Shown here: positions 1 to 9,695 of the stretch, piece after piece
Numbering within the stretch: the first letter of the stretch is position 1
How the letters are laid out: every line of letters begins with the position of its first letter
NCBI GenBank assembly: GCA_045539735.1
Contig: JAZQFW010000032.1
Coordinates: 11,827-75,826 of the forward strand
DNA length: 64,000 nucleotides
Reading direction: 5' to 3'
Origin: Ructibacterium sp.
GTDB taxonomy: Bacteria > Bacillota > Clostridia > Monoglobales > Monoglobaceae
Position numbers and translations under genes: made by a program
Notes under the pieces: generated by a model
Database searches by the model: none
The model's input: the letters and a program-made list of their open reading frames with translations, nothing else
Told to the model about the DNA's origin: nothing

Positions 1-177
1 GGAGCGGTTCGTATTCTCAACCCCGGAAATCTGCCCTTCTCTCAAGATTTGCTTGATTTCCATAAGGCGAAAATTGAAGAACGTGCAAACTGTGAAAATC
101 GCAAGGCTTCCTTCCAGATGGTCATTGACGATGTGTATGCGATTGGTAAGGGTCGGTTGGTAGGTCGTCCCAGATAA
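1..177 (+). CDS. glmE: Glutamate mutase epsilon subunit, C-terminal fragment (truncated by window edge)
   Basis: Frame +1 reads GAVRILNPGNLPFSQDLLDFHKAKIEERA...SFQMVIDDVYAIGKGRLVGRPR*, matching the GlmE/MutE C-terminus; lies directly upstream of mal. Confidence 0.9.
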   Translation, partial: GAVRILNPGNLPFSQDLLDFHKAKIEERANCENRKASFQMVIDDVYAIGKGRLVGRPR

Positions 178-194
178 GAAAGGATTGGTGTAAC

Positions 195-1445
195 ATGAAA
201 ATAATTGATCTTGTATGTTCTCCGGGACGTACCGGATTCTATTTTGATGACCAGCGTGCCATTAAACAAGGTGCAGGTCATGATGGTGTATTCTATGTAG
301 GTGAACCCGTGACCGAGGGATTTCGTGCAGTCCGTCAGGCAGGCGAGTCTATCTCCGTTATGCTGATTTTAGAAGACGGTCAGATGGCATATGGTGATTG
401 TGCGGCAGTACAATATTCCGGTGCCGGCGGCAGAGATCCGCTGTTTTTGGCAGAGGATTTTATTCCGGTCATTGAAAAGTATATCAAACCGGAACTGGTA
501 GGCAAAGAAGCAGATGACTTCCGTGGTCTGTGTGCAATGATGGAAGACATTCAGATAGAGGGTAAGCGTCTGCATACCGCAATCCGCTATGGTGTATCTC
601 AGGCAATTTTAGATGCGGTTGCTAAAGCAACCGGCAGAATGATGTGTGAAGTTGTAGCAGATGAATATGGTTGCAGCGTGTCTGAAACCCCCATCCCGAT
701 TTTCACTCAATCCGGTGATGACCGGTATGACAATGCGGATAAAATGATTATCAAAGGCGCACAGGTTCTTCCCCATGCCCTGATTAACAATGTGGATACC
801 AAACTGGGTCGCAACGGTGAAAAACTGGCGGAATATGTGGCATGGCTACGTGACCGTATCTTGGAAAACCGGACGGATGAGAATTATTCTCCTGTGATGC
901 ACATGGACGTGTATGGCACCATCGGTGCCGCATTTGGTAATAACAACTACAAGGAAATGGCAGATTATATTCAAAAACTGGGTGAAATCGCAAAGCCGTT
1001 TAAACTCCGTATTGAGGGACCTATGGACTGCGATTGCGACAGAGAAACACAGTTGACCGCTCTGGCAGGTCTTACGAAAGAATTGGACGACCGCGGCTGT
1101 GATGTAGAACTGGTTGCGGACGAATGGTGTAACACCTTAGAGGACATCAAACTCTTTGCCGATCACAAAGCCGGTCACATGGTACAAATTAAGACACCGG
1201 ATTTGGGCGGTATCAATAACACCATCGAGGCAGTGCTTTACTGTAAAGAAAAAGGAATCGGTGCATATCAGGGCGGCACCTGTAACGAAACCGACCGCAG
1301 TGCGCAAGTTTGTGTGCATTGTGCTATGGCAACCCAGCCGGCACAGATTCTGGCAAAACCCGGTATGGGCGTGGATGAAGGTTACATGATTGTGTATAAC
1401 GAAATGAACAGAATTATGGCAATCCGCAAAGCCAAACGCAAATAA
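195..1445 (+). CDS. mal: Methylaspartate ammonia-lyase
   Basis: 416 aa with TGFYFDDQRAIK, QSGDDRY, LPHALIN, QIKTPDLGG, GGTCNET and AKPGMG motifs. Confidence 0.97.
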   Translation: MKIIDLVCSPGRTGFYFDDQRAIKQGAGHDGVFYVGEPVTEGFRAVRQAGESISVMLILEDGQMAYGDCAAVQYSGAGGRDPLFLAEDFIPVIEKYIKPELVGKEADDFRGLCAMMEDIQIEGKRLHTAIRYGVSQAILDAVAKATGRMMCEVVADEYGCSVSETPIPIFTQSGDDRYDNADKMIIKGAQVLPHALINNVDTKLGRNGEKLAEYVAWLRDRILENRTDENYSPVMHMDVYGTIGAAFGNNNYKEMADYIQKLGEIAKPFKLRIEGPMDCDCDRETQLTALAGLTKELDDRGCDVELVADEWCNTLEDIKLFADHKAGHMVQIKTPDLGGINNTIEAVLYCKEKGIGAYQGGTCNETDRSAQVCVHCAMATQPAQILAKPGMGVDEGYMIVYNEMNRIMAIRKAKRK

Positions 1446-1448
1446 TAC

Positions 1449-1482
1449 AAAGAGAGCATCTTCAACGAAGATGCTCTTTCTT
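1449..1482. terminator. Bidirectional intrinsic terminator between mal and the convergent AraC gene
   Basis: AGAGCATCTTC-aac-GAAGATGCTCT hairpin with A-rich and T-rich flanks. Confidence 0.85.
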
Positions 1483-1483
1483 G

Positions 1484-2245
1484 TTATTCTGCGTAATTGT
1501 AGACATATTTTGATGGCGAGGTACCAATTACTTTTTTAAACGCAACAGAAAAATGTTTATAGTCATGATAGCCGCAAAGTTCAGCAATTTCCTCCAGAGT
1601 GTGATAGCCTGCGATGATTAACGAGGCCGCATGATTCATCCGCCGTTTGATAACATATTGCTTGGGGGAAAGATGGAACTCCTGCTTAAACAGTTTTCTA
1701 AAATAGGTGTCGCTGATATAAGACTTTTCTGCCGCAGTTTGAAGAGAAAAGTCTTTTTTCATATAGTTTTCATCAATATATTGAATGGATGCTTTGAGTT
1801 TGGAAGTATGCTCGTAGGACTTCTTGTTGTCATGGTAGAGTTCAGCAAAAATCTGATTCAGCAAAGAGGAGGCATGATGCTTATAGGAAATGTCTTTTTG
1901 ATTCCAGCACTCCAGTATTTTGTAAAATAAGACCTTATATTTTTCGGGCTCACTTGGGAGAAACCGTTCAATTTCGTTACTGTGGTACTGAAAGGATTTA
2001 AAGTGCACCACAATCAAACAATCCCTGTTTGAAATCCTTGTATAGTCCACATTGGAGGGGAAAAAGCCAATGGAGTTATCCGAAAACTCCAGTTGCGTTC
2101 CGCCAAACTCAATGACAGTATCAGCGTGTAAACGAAAGGAAAGCGCGTCAAAGTTTCGTTTGAAATTATATTTTTTGGTACTTCCCTGATTGAAAGAAAG
2201 AACGTCCAAAATCTGGAATCCCATAGTTTCTTGCTCGAAAATCAC
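1484..2245 (-). CDS. AraC family transcriptional regulator
   Basis: C-terminal double HTH (EEIAELCGYHDYKHFSVAFKKVIGTSPSKY); GTG start with GGAGG RBS; divergent from the enolase operon. Confidence 0.92.
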   Translation of the reverse strand: MIFEQETMGFQILDVLSFNQGSTKKYNFKRNFDALSFRLHADTVIEFGGTQLEFSDNSIGFFPSNVDYTRISNRDCLIVVHFKSFQYHSNEIERFLPSEPEKYKVLFYKILECWNQKDISYKHHASSLLNQIFAELYHDNKKSYEHTSKLKASIQYIDENYMKKDFSLQTAAEKSYISDTYFRKLFKQEFHLSPKQYVIKRRMNHAASLIIAGYHTLEEIAELCGYHDYKHFSVAFKKVIGTSPSKYVYNYAE

Positions 2246-2387
2246 GAATTACACCTCCAATATTGATAAAATTATATTATTTCTGTTTCGAAAAATCAAC
2301 CTATATGCTCGAATTTTGGGTGTGAAAGAGAAAATTCATATGCTAAGATAAAGAAAAATATAGTAAATTCATATTGAGGTGTGAGTT

Positions 2388-3758
2388 ATGAACCAGTCTA
2401 TCAAAGAGATGATTTCTGAAACTGTCAATCTTTGTTCCAATCCATCCGAACTTAAAATTACCGATATTCGGGTAACTAACATTAACGGTGCCCCGAAACA
2501 TTGTCCTCTGATTAAAATTTATACCAATCAGGGCATTGTTGGTTACGGCGAGGTCAGGGATGCATCCAGTGCTACTTATGCCCTGATGCTCAAATCCAGA
2601 TTGGTGGGGGAAAACCCCTGTAATGTAGATAAATTGTTCCGCAGAATCAAGCAGTTCGGCGGTCATTCCCGTCAGGGCGGAGGTGTATCCGGCATCGAGA
2701 TTGCCCTGTGGGATTTGGTAGGGAAAGCATGGGGCGTTCCTCTTTGGCAGATGCTTGGCGGTAAATTCCGTGATAAAGTAAGAATGTACTGTGATACCGA
2801 TGTGGACGGAAAGCATACAGGAACGGATATGGGTCACGCATTAAAGAAGAGAATGGAACAGGGCTTTACATTCCTTAAAATGGATTTGGGCATTGAACTG
2901 TTGCTGGATGAGCCGGGTTGCCTAAACGCTCCTGTCGGATTTTTAGAGGATATCAAAAAGTATTCCATGAAAGCAATCAACCATCAAAAGGGTTCTGTTG
3001 ACATGGATATGATGCTTGGAAAGAACTATGAGGTCTTTACCATTCCGCATTATGCAACCGGCGTCCATCTAACCCAAAAAGGGATGGATTATCTGGAAGA
3101 CTATGTCAAACAGGTGAGAGAGGTCATCGGTTATGAAGTTCCCCTTGCCATTGACCATTTCGGACATATCTGCATTGAAGATTGCATTATGTTTGCAAAG
3201 CGTCTTGAAAAGTATAACATTGCGTGGATTGAAGATATTGCACCTTGGCACTATACCAGCCACTATGTGAAGATTGCCAACGGATGTCATGTTCCTATCT
3301 GCACCGGCGAAGATATTTATCTTGCAGAGAATTTTGAACCTCTGATGCAAAGCGGCGGAGTTTCTGTGGTGCATCCTGATATGTTAACTATCGGCGGTGC
3401 AATGGAAATGAAGAAACTTGGCAATCTGTGTGACAAGTATGGTGTTGCAATGGCAATTCACATGGCAGAAAGCCCGATTGCATGTATGGCGGCAATTCAT
3501 GCGGCGGCAGCGGTTCAGAATGTACTTGCGGTTGAATTCCATTCTGTGGATATTCCCTGGTGGAATGATCTTGCCATCGGTATTGATAACCCGCTGTTTC
3601 AGGATGGATTTGTCAATGTGCCCAGCAAGCCGGGTCTTGGGATTGATGCCCTCAATGAAGAACTGATTGCCAAGCATATTCATGACAAATATCCCGGACA
3701 ATGGGAGTCCACCGATACATGGAATAAAGAATGGGCAAACGACAGGGAGTGGAGTTAA
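2388..3758 (+). CDS. Mandelate racemase/muconate lactonising (enolase superfamily) acid-sugar dehydratase
   Basis: GIEIALWDLVGKAWGVPLWQMLGG, KMD motif, metal ligands in IDH/WIED/TGED, PGLGI. Confidence 0.9.
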   Translation: MNQSIKEMISETVNLCSNPSELKITDIRVTNINGAPKHCPLIKIYTNQGIVGYGEVRDASSATYALMLKSRLVGENPCNVDKLFRRIKQFGGHSRQGGGVSGIEIALWDLVGKAWGVPLWQMLGGKFRDKVRMYCDTDVDGKHTGTDMGHALKKRMEQGFTFLKMDLGIELLLDEPGCLNAPVGFLEDIKKYSMKAINHQKGSVDMDMMLGKNYEVFTIPHYATGVHLTQKGMDYLEDYVKQVREVIGYEVPLAIDHFGHICIEDCIMFAKRLEKYNIAWIEDIAPWHYTSHYVKIANGCHVPICTGEDIYLAENFEPLMQSGGVSVVHPDMLTIGGAMEMKKLGNLCDKYGVAMAIHMAESPIACMAAIHAAAAVQNVLAVEFHSVDIPWWNDLAIGIDNPLFQDGFVNVPSKPGLGIDALNEELIAKHIHDKYPGQWESTDTWNKEWANDREWS

Positions 3759-3759
3759 T

Positions 3760-5097
3760 ATGAAAATGAAAGAAATTGAAAAGGTCTGCCTGGGTCAGTT
3801 TGAGGCCAACCAAGACCTGTTTCAAACCACCGTCAAAGACAATATCAATAAATACAGAAAAGGCAATAAAACCATAATCCTAAAAGATGAAAACGAGACA
3901 CCGTGCTCCGGTGTTAAAGTCAAGGTAACGCTGAAAAATCACGCCTTTAAGCACGGTGCGCATATCTTTATGCTGGAGCAATTTGAAACCGAGGCAGAAA
4001 ATCAATATTATCGTGACCTGTTCCCTCAGTATTTTAATCTTGCAACCATTCCTTTTTATTGGGCGGGTTTGGAACCGGAACAGGGCAAACCGAGGTTTGA
4101 TGCGAATAGCAAAAATGTCTATCGCAGACCCAGCATTGACTTGTGCCTGAACTACTGTCAGGAAAAGGGAATTGATAGCAAAATTCATTGCTTGTTTTAT
4201 GATAAGTTTATTCCTGACTGGCTGCCCAAAGAAGATGCGGAACAAATGAAGCAACTGTATGAACAACGGTTTCGCCAGATTGCAGAACGATATGGTAACG
4301 GTGTGATGTATGAGGTTGAGGTCATCAATGAACTGTTGGAAACGCATGGTTGGAAGACCAATAGCGTAATCAGCGACACTAAGGATGCGCTTGAGTGGGC
4401 GTTCGGATTGGCACAAACGTATTTTCCTGATGATGTCTTGATGATTAACGACGGAAACTTCATCCCTGAAATCGGGAAAAAGACCTATCGGCATCCCTAT
4501 TATATGTTGATTGATTCCGCCCTTGCCAAAGGGGTTCGGATAGACAAAATCGGAATCCAGAACCATATTTATATGGGTCTGTTTGATGGACAAGATATTC
4601 AGGAGGTTAAAGAACATTATGACCCTGTGGCAATCCTCAAAGGTTTGGAGGTTTTGAGCGAATTTGGCAAACCTCTTGAAATTACCGAAATTTCGATTCC
4701 AACCCTCGGTGAGGGACAAGAGGCGGAAGATATGCAGGCGGAGGTGCTTAAGTATTTGTATACCCTTTGGTTTTCCTCCAAAAATCTTGAGGGGGCTGTT
4801 TACTGGAATTCGGTAGACAATACGGCGTGGGCGTCTCCTGCATGGGATGAAAACCGACTCCGTGCAGGAATCCTGAATCGTGATTTGACACCAAAGAAAT
4901 CCGCAATCATGCTGAAAAAACTGTTTCAGGAAGAATGGCATACCGAACTTGAACTTATCAGCGATGAAAACGGTCAGATTTCTTTTGATGGATTCCATGG
5001 AGACTATGAAGTATGTATCCACAGCAAAGGGGAGAGTACCTATTGCGTCAATCTTGATAAGAATAACCGAGAGGTAGAACTGCTATGCAAGAGTTAA
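3760..5097 (+). CDS. GH10-like glycoside hydrolase without a signal peptide
   Basis: FNLATIPFYW, VINE (acid/base), INDGN, IGIQNH, LEITE (nucleophile); ATG at 3760 follows GGAG, so the track's TTG start at 3667 is likely too early. Confidence 0.8.
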   Translation: MKMKEIEKVCLGQFEANQDLFQTTVKDNINKYRKGNKTIILKDENETPCSGVKVKVTLKNHAFKHGAHIFMLEQFETEAENQYYRDLFPQYFNLATIPFYWAGLEPEQGKPRFDANSKNVYRRPSIDLCLNYCQEKGIDSKIHCLFYDKFIPDWLPKEDAEQMKQLYEQRFRQIAERYGNGVMYEVEVINELLETHGWKTNSVISDTKDALEWAFGLAQTYFPDDVLMINDGNFIPEIGKKTYRHPYYMLIDSALAKGVRIDKIGIQNHIYMGLFDGQDIQEVKEHYDPVAILKGLEVLSEFGKPLEITEISIPTLGEGQEAEDMQAEVLKYLYTLWFSSKNLEGAVYWNSVDNTAWASPAWDENRLRAGILNRDLTPKKSAIMLKKLFQEEWHTELELISDENGQISFDGFHGDYEVCIHSKGESTYCVNLDKNNREVELLCKS

Positions 5098-5786
5098 CAA
5101 TTCGATGGATTGGACAAAGCGGATACCTCCTATCGGATGGAACAACCAAACTTTGTATTGACCCCTATCTTTCCAATGTGGTTGATAGGATTGCAGGCCG
5201 CGGAAGAATGGTCAAAGCACCCATGCAGCCGGAAGCGTTGCTTTGTGATGCGGTGATTTGTACCCATAACCATCTTGACCATGTGGACATTGATGCCATC
5301 CCGTTGATGCCAAAAGAGAATATGCTCTTTTTGGCACCGCAGGATGCAGAGGCAAAGTTGCGTGAGTGCGGCGTAGTCCACTATCAACCATTTGATGAGG
5401 GAGCATGCGTAAAGATAGGCGAATTTTCCCTGAAAGCGGTATTTGCAGACCATTCAGTTCCCGCGGTAGGTGTAGTTGTAAAACATAAAGGAATCACTCT
5501 TTATTTTTCCGGCGATACCGAGTATCACAAGAAACTGGAAGAACTTGCAAAGGAAAATATTGATGTCATGTTCATCTGTATCAATGGCAAACTCGGAAAC
5601 ATGAGTGTGGAAGAAGCGATAACGCTGACCCGAATCATTCAGCCAAAAGTTGGAATACCCAGCCACTATGGAATGTTTGAAAGCAATACAGAGAATCCGG
5701 AAACGTATACCTCGCAACTTGCTTGCGGATATGAGATGGAATATAACAAAGAATACAAGATTACGGAGGTGCTGAGCCATGTTTGA
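5085..5786 (+). CDS. Metallo-beta-lactamase-fold hydrolase (UlaG-like, possible lactonase)
   Basis: WIGQSG, IDPYLS, THNHLDH, SGDT, PSHYG. Confidence 0.85.
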   Translation: MQELTIRWIGQSGYLLSDGTTKLCIDPYLSNVVDRIAGRGRMVKAPMQPEALLCDAVICTHNHLDHVDIDAIPLMPKENMLFLAPQDAEAKLRECGVVHYQPFDEGACVKIGEFSLKAVFADHSVPAVGVVVKHKGITLYFSGDTEYHKKLEELAKENIDVMFICINGKLGNMSVEEAITLTRIIQPKVGIPSHYGMFESNTENPETYTSQLACGYEMEYNKEYKITEVLSHV

Positions 5787-6510
5787 GTTAGCGGGAAAAA
5801 CTGCGCTGGTGACCGGTTCTACCCAAGGGATAGGACTTGCCATTGCCAAACTTTTAGCAGAGCATGGTGCCAAGGTTTTTGTCTCCGGTGCCACAAGCGA
5901 AGAGAAATGCCTGTTGGCAAGTCAGCAGATGCCAAATTCTGTGGCAGTCAGAGCCAACTTGTTACAGGAAGATGAGATAGAAAAGTTATATGCAACTACG
6001 GGGGATGTAGACATTCTGGTGTTAAACGCGTCCATTCAGTATAAACGCGATTGGGATAAGTTTTCTATGGACGAATATGAAATGCAGATGGACTGCAATG
6101 TAAAGAGTTCCTATCTGCTTATGAAACGTTATGTCCCCGGCATGAAGGAAAAACAATGGGGGCGGATTGTCACCATTGGGAGTGTCAATCAGTATAATCA
6201 GCACCCTGAACTATCGTTATACGGCGTAACCAAAGCGGCACAATTAAAGATGGTGCAGAATTTTGCGCCTCTTTTGGCGCCGTATGGAATCACGGTCAAT
6301 AACATCGCCCCCGGTGCCATCAACACCCCAAGAAACGAAAAGGCACTCAGCGATACCGGGTTTAAAAAGAATCTGGAGCAAAATATTCCTTGCGGATATG
6401 TTGGAATGCCGGAAGACATTGCGCCCGCAGTATTGCTGATGTGTTCGAATGAAGGCCGATATATCACCGGCGCGGATTTGGTGATTGACGGCGGAATGCA
6501 CCTAAAATAA
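5779..6510 (+). CDS. Short-chain dehydrogenase/reductase
   Basis: TGSTQGIG, YGVTK, VNNIAPG, IDGG. Confidence 0.93.
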   Translation: MFELAGKTALVTGSTQGIGLAIAKLLAEHGAKVFVSGATSEEKCLLASQQMPNSVAVRANLLQEDEIEKLYATTGDVDILVLNASIQYKRDWDKFSMDEYEMQMDCNVKSSYLLMKRYVPGMKEKQWGRIVTIGSVNQYNQHPELSLYGVTKAAQLKMVQNFAPLLAPYGITVNNIAPGAINTPRNEKALSDTGFKKNLEQNIPCGYVGMPEDIAPAVLLMCSNEGRYITGADLVIDGGMHLK

Positions 6511-6523
6511 AGGAGAGAATACC

Positions 6524-7432
6524 ATGCGTTTTAATGTAAGAGAAGAAATCATAGCATTGACCCCGCAGTGGAAAGGGGAACGCTTTGCAGACGGACGTCC
6601 TAAGGTGGAAGAGAAGTATTTAAAAGCATTAAAAACATTGACATTGGAAGAGGTCTGGAAACCTATTTTTGTCAAAGGCTATGAAAGCCAGTTTGAGGGA
6701 AGATTGCATACCCTGCACAATGACGGAAGAAAGTTAATCGGACGTGCGGTGACTGCAACCTATTGTCCGTTCCGTCCTGATCTTGATAAGGTGGTCAAAG
6801 ATGTCGGTCGTGCCGAGGGAAGAACAGGAACCTACAATCAATGGGTGATTGATAACCTTGAGGAGGGGGATGTTCCGGTCATTGATATGTATGACAAAAT
6901 TTACAAGGGAACCTTCCTTGGGGGAAACCTCACCACTGCATTGAAAAACAAAACCAAGAATGAAAACGGAGGTGCTGTCATCTGGGGCGGAATCCGTGAT
7001 ACCGAGCAGATGAAAAAGGTGGAGGACACTCAGGTGTATTATCGGGGAATCGACCCCACTCCAATTCGTGATTTTATCATGACAGGGTATAATACAGCCA
7101 CCCGAATCGGCAATGCCATCTGTCTTCCCGGTGATGTGGTTTTTGGTGGCGGCGGCGGTGTTTTGTTTATCCCCAGCCATCTGGTTGAGGAGGTAGTCGG
7201 CGGTGCGGCAAAAACGCAGGTGAAAGACTTGTTTGGATTTGAGATGATAACCCTAAACAAATTTACCACCGCACAGATTGACAAAAATACATGGACCAAA
7301 GAAATGCTTGATTTGTTGATGGAGTTCATTGAAACCGATGACAGAGCGGTTGAATACAGAGGACTTGATTGGTCTTTAGAATATGACCTTGCCATCAACG
7401 GTGATCCAAGCGATACCCAGTCTGCATTATAA
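6524..7432 (+). CDS. RraA/HMG-aldolase family protein
   Basis: GRAVTA, GGNL, GGIRD, PGDVVFG motifs. Confidence 0.82.
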   Translation: MRFNVREEIIALTPQWKGERFADGRPKVEEKYLKALKTLTLEEVWKPIFVKGYESQFEGRLHTLHNDGRKLIGRAVTATYCPFRPDLDKVVKDVGRAEGRTGTYNQWVIDNLEEGDVPVIDMYDKIYKGTFLGGNLTTALKNKTKNENGGAVIWGGIRDTEQMKKVEDTQVYYRGIDPTPIRDFIMTGYNTATRIGNAICLPGDVVFGGGGGVLFIPSHLVEEVVGGAAKTQVKDLFGFEMITLNKFTTAQIDKNTWTKEMLDLLMEFIETDDRAVEYRGLDWSLEYDLAINGDPSDTQSAL

Positions 7433-7475
7433 GAAAAAACGTCTGTAAAAACCATTGTTTTTACATACGTTTTTA

Positions 7476-7504
7476 TTGATTTGTGTATTCATTTGTGATA
7501 CAAT
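7476..7504 (+). promoter_or_regulatory. Sigma-A promoter upstream of the SGNH gene
   Basis: TTGATT-17bp-TACAAT with a TG extended -10. Confidence 0.55.
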
Positions 7505-7534
7505 GAAACCAATACAGGGAACGGGGTTTTACAT

Positions 7535-8237
7535 ATGGAAAATAAATTGTACGGAAAAACTATTATCTGGAATGGAGATTCTATTTGCGCAGGGGCGGAG
7601 GAGACCGGAAACTGGGCAACCAGAATTGCAGAACGCAATCAAATGGAGTGTAAAAACTATGCCGTCGGCGGCGGTACGGTAGCCGAGGGGTTGCCGATTT
7701 TATCAGGAGGGGTGGTGCGCCATTCGGTGTCCCGTACCCTTGATGAGATGTACGAGGAATATCCCGAAGCAGACTATATTATCTTAGAGGGCGGCACCAA
7801 TGATGCGGATTTGTTTGAAGATAGCGAAGGACCGTCCAAACTTGGTTCTTTTGATCCGGAAAACTTCAGTGGTGAGTATGACAGAACCACATTCTGCGGT
7901 GCGTTGGAAAGTGTGTTTTATCGCAGCGTGAAATACTGGAACGGAAAGAAAATTGGTTATATTGTTGCACAGAAAATGGGAGATTTAACCCGTTCCAGAA
8001 GAAAGAGAAGACTCTACTTTGACAAGGCAGTGGAAATCTGTAAAAAATGGGGAATTCCATATATTGATTTGTGGGAGGGATGTTACCTTAATCCCTGTCT
8101 TCCTTGGATGTATCATTAAAACTGCAGAGGAAAATTGTAAAGAGAATATCGGCTATTATAAAGATAGTCAACACTTGACCGGTCGTGGCTATGATGTAAC
8201 TGCAGAACTAATTGAAACATGGATGAAAACACTGTAA
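7535..8237 (+). pseudogene. SGNH/GDSL hydrolase split by a frameshift near 8115
   Basis: GDSI, G and GGTND blocks are in 7535..8119; the catalytic DSQH block is in another frame ending at 8237. Confidence 0.8.
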
Positions 8238-8247
8238 GGAGGAATTT

Positions 8248-9651
8248 GTGATGGATGCCAATTTGTATACAAAGATAGATGCTTTGATCGAAGAAAAAGA
8301 AGAAGAACTGGTTTCTAAGGTGATTCGGCTGATTCAAATCAACAGTTCTGAGGGAGAACCCCTCCCCGGTGCACCTTTTGGCAAAGGCCCCAGAGAGATG
8401 CTGGACACCGTGCTGGAGATGGGGAAAGCAGACGGCTTTGCTGTTACAGATTACGGCGTCGGCGTTGTCAGCGTTGCAATGAAAGAGGGGCAACCTGACC
8501 TTGGTATCTGGGCACACGGTGATGCGGTCCCTGCAGGAGATGGCTGGAAATTCCCGCCCTATCAGGGAACAAGATACAAAGATTGCATCATAGGCAGAGG
8601 TGCTACTGATAACAAAGGGCAACTGGTATCGTCATTCCTTGTGCTTAAAATACTCAAAGAATTGGGGGTGGAACTTAAGTACAACCCTGCTCTCTATGTG
8701 GGAAGCAACGAGGAATCCGGCATGAAAGATATGAAAGGTATCCCGGGAAACCCGGATGCCAAAGGGTTTGTTAACGTATGCACTCCGCCAAGACTCTCCC
8801 TTGTACCGGATGGAAATTTTCCGATTGGTTACGGGGCAAGAGGACTGACAGGATTTTATTTTAAAAGCAAGAACCCGCTTCACTCGATGACTTTGACGGC
8901 GGGATTGGATGAGACGCCGGGTTTGGCAACCGCTGAATTGGAGAACGCCGATATTCAGGATACATTACCTGATTGCAAGGTGGAGCAAGGGGAGGTCACT
9001 AAGGTTACTGCATTTAGTCAGCCTCGGCACACCACAAATCCTGACCCTGACGGGAATATGATTACGATGCTGACCTCTGCACTTCTTGGAAGTGAAGCAG
9101 TACATGAGGACGATAAAAAGATTCTGGAATTTTTCCGTGAGGTTTCTCTGGATATCCATGGTGCTATGTTTGGGCTTGATGTGGAGAGTGAACTGATGGG
9201 ACGCACCATTGTTTATGCCAAAACCATAACATGCAAAGACGGCTATCCGGAACTTGAAATCCGTCTGCGTTATCCCGTTGAACTTACGCATGATGAAATG
9301 TTAAAACGCCTCACTCAAGTTTGTGAAGAGCGAGGATTTGTTTTGAAAGAAAACCCCGGTCATACTCCCTATCTCAGACCTATGGATACAGAGGTGGTAA
9401 CAACCCTCAAAGAGATTGCCAATGCGGTTACCGGCGAGGACAAAGAACCGTATGTCAACGGTGCTACTTACGCACATTATCTCCCCAATGCTTATATCTA
9501 TGGAATGCAAGGTAACCGTCCGCCGGAGGATTTCCCGAAAGGGAGAGGCGGTGCCCATGGAATGGATGAAGTGGTGTCGATCGAACGGTTAAAGACTGCG
9601 ATGAAGATTTATGCAAGGGCCCTTTTGGCACTGAATGAAATAGAATGGTAA
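8248..9651 (+). CDS. M20 family metallopeptidase (PepV/Sapep-like)
   Basis: AHGDAVP, GRGATDNKG, NEESG, AHGMDE. Confidence 0.88.
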   Translation: MMDANLYTKIDALIEEKEEELVSKVIRLIQINSSEGEPLPGAPFGKGPREMLDTVLEMGKADGFAVTDYGVGVVSVAMKEGQPDLGIWAHGDAVPAGDGWKFPPYQGTRYKDCIIGRGATDNKGQLVSSFLVLKILKELGVELKYNPALYVGSNEESGMKDMKGIPGNPDAKGFVNVCTPPRLSLVPDGNFPIGYGARGLTGFYFKSKNPLHSMTLTAGLDETPGLATAELENADIQDTLPDCKVEQGEVTKVTAFSQPRHTTNPDPDGNMITMLTSALLGSEAVHEDDKKILEFFREVSLDIHGAMFGLDVESELMGRTIVYAKTITCKDGYPELEIRLRYPVELTHDEMLKRLTQVCEERGFVLKENPGHTPYLRPMDTEVVTTLKEIANAVTGEDKEPYVNGATYAHYLPNAYIYGMQGNRPPEDFPKGRGGAHGMDEVVSIERLKTAMKIYARALLALNEIEW

Positions 9652-9695
9652 TTGGATCATAAGGGCAGACTAGTAAAAGAGGGAGGCGGAAATTC

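Noticed and set aside
195-1445. Alternative genetic code (for example CGG reassignment)
   Set aside because: CGG encodes the conserved Arg in GDDRY of Mal, and genes are full length under code 11
8105-8125. Programmed +1 frameshift at CAT TAA A
   Set aside because: No adjacent Shine-Dalgarno and no plausible tRNA re-pairing; mutation or sequencing error is simpler
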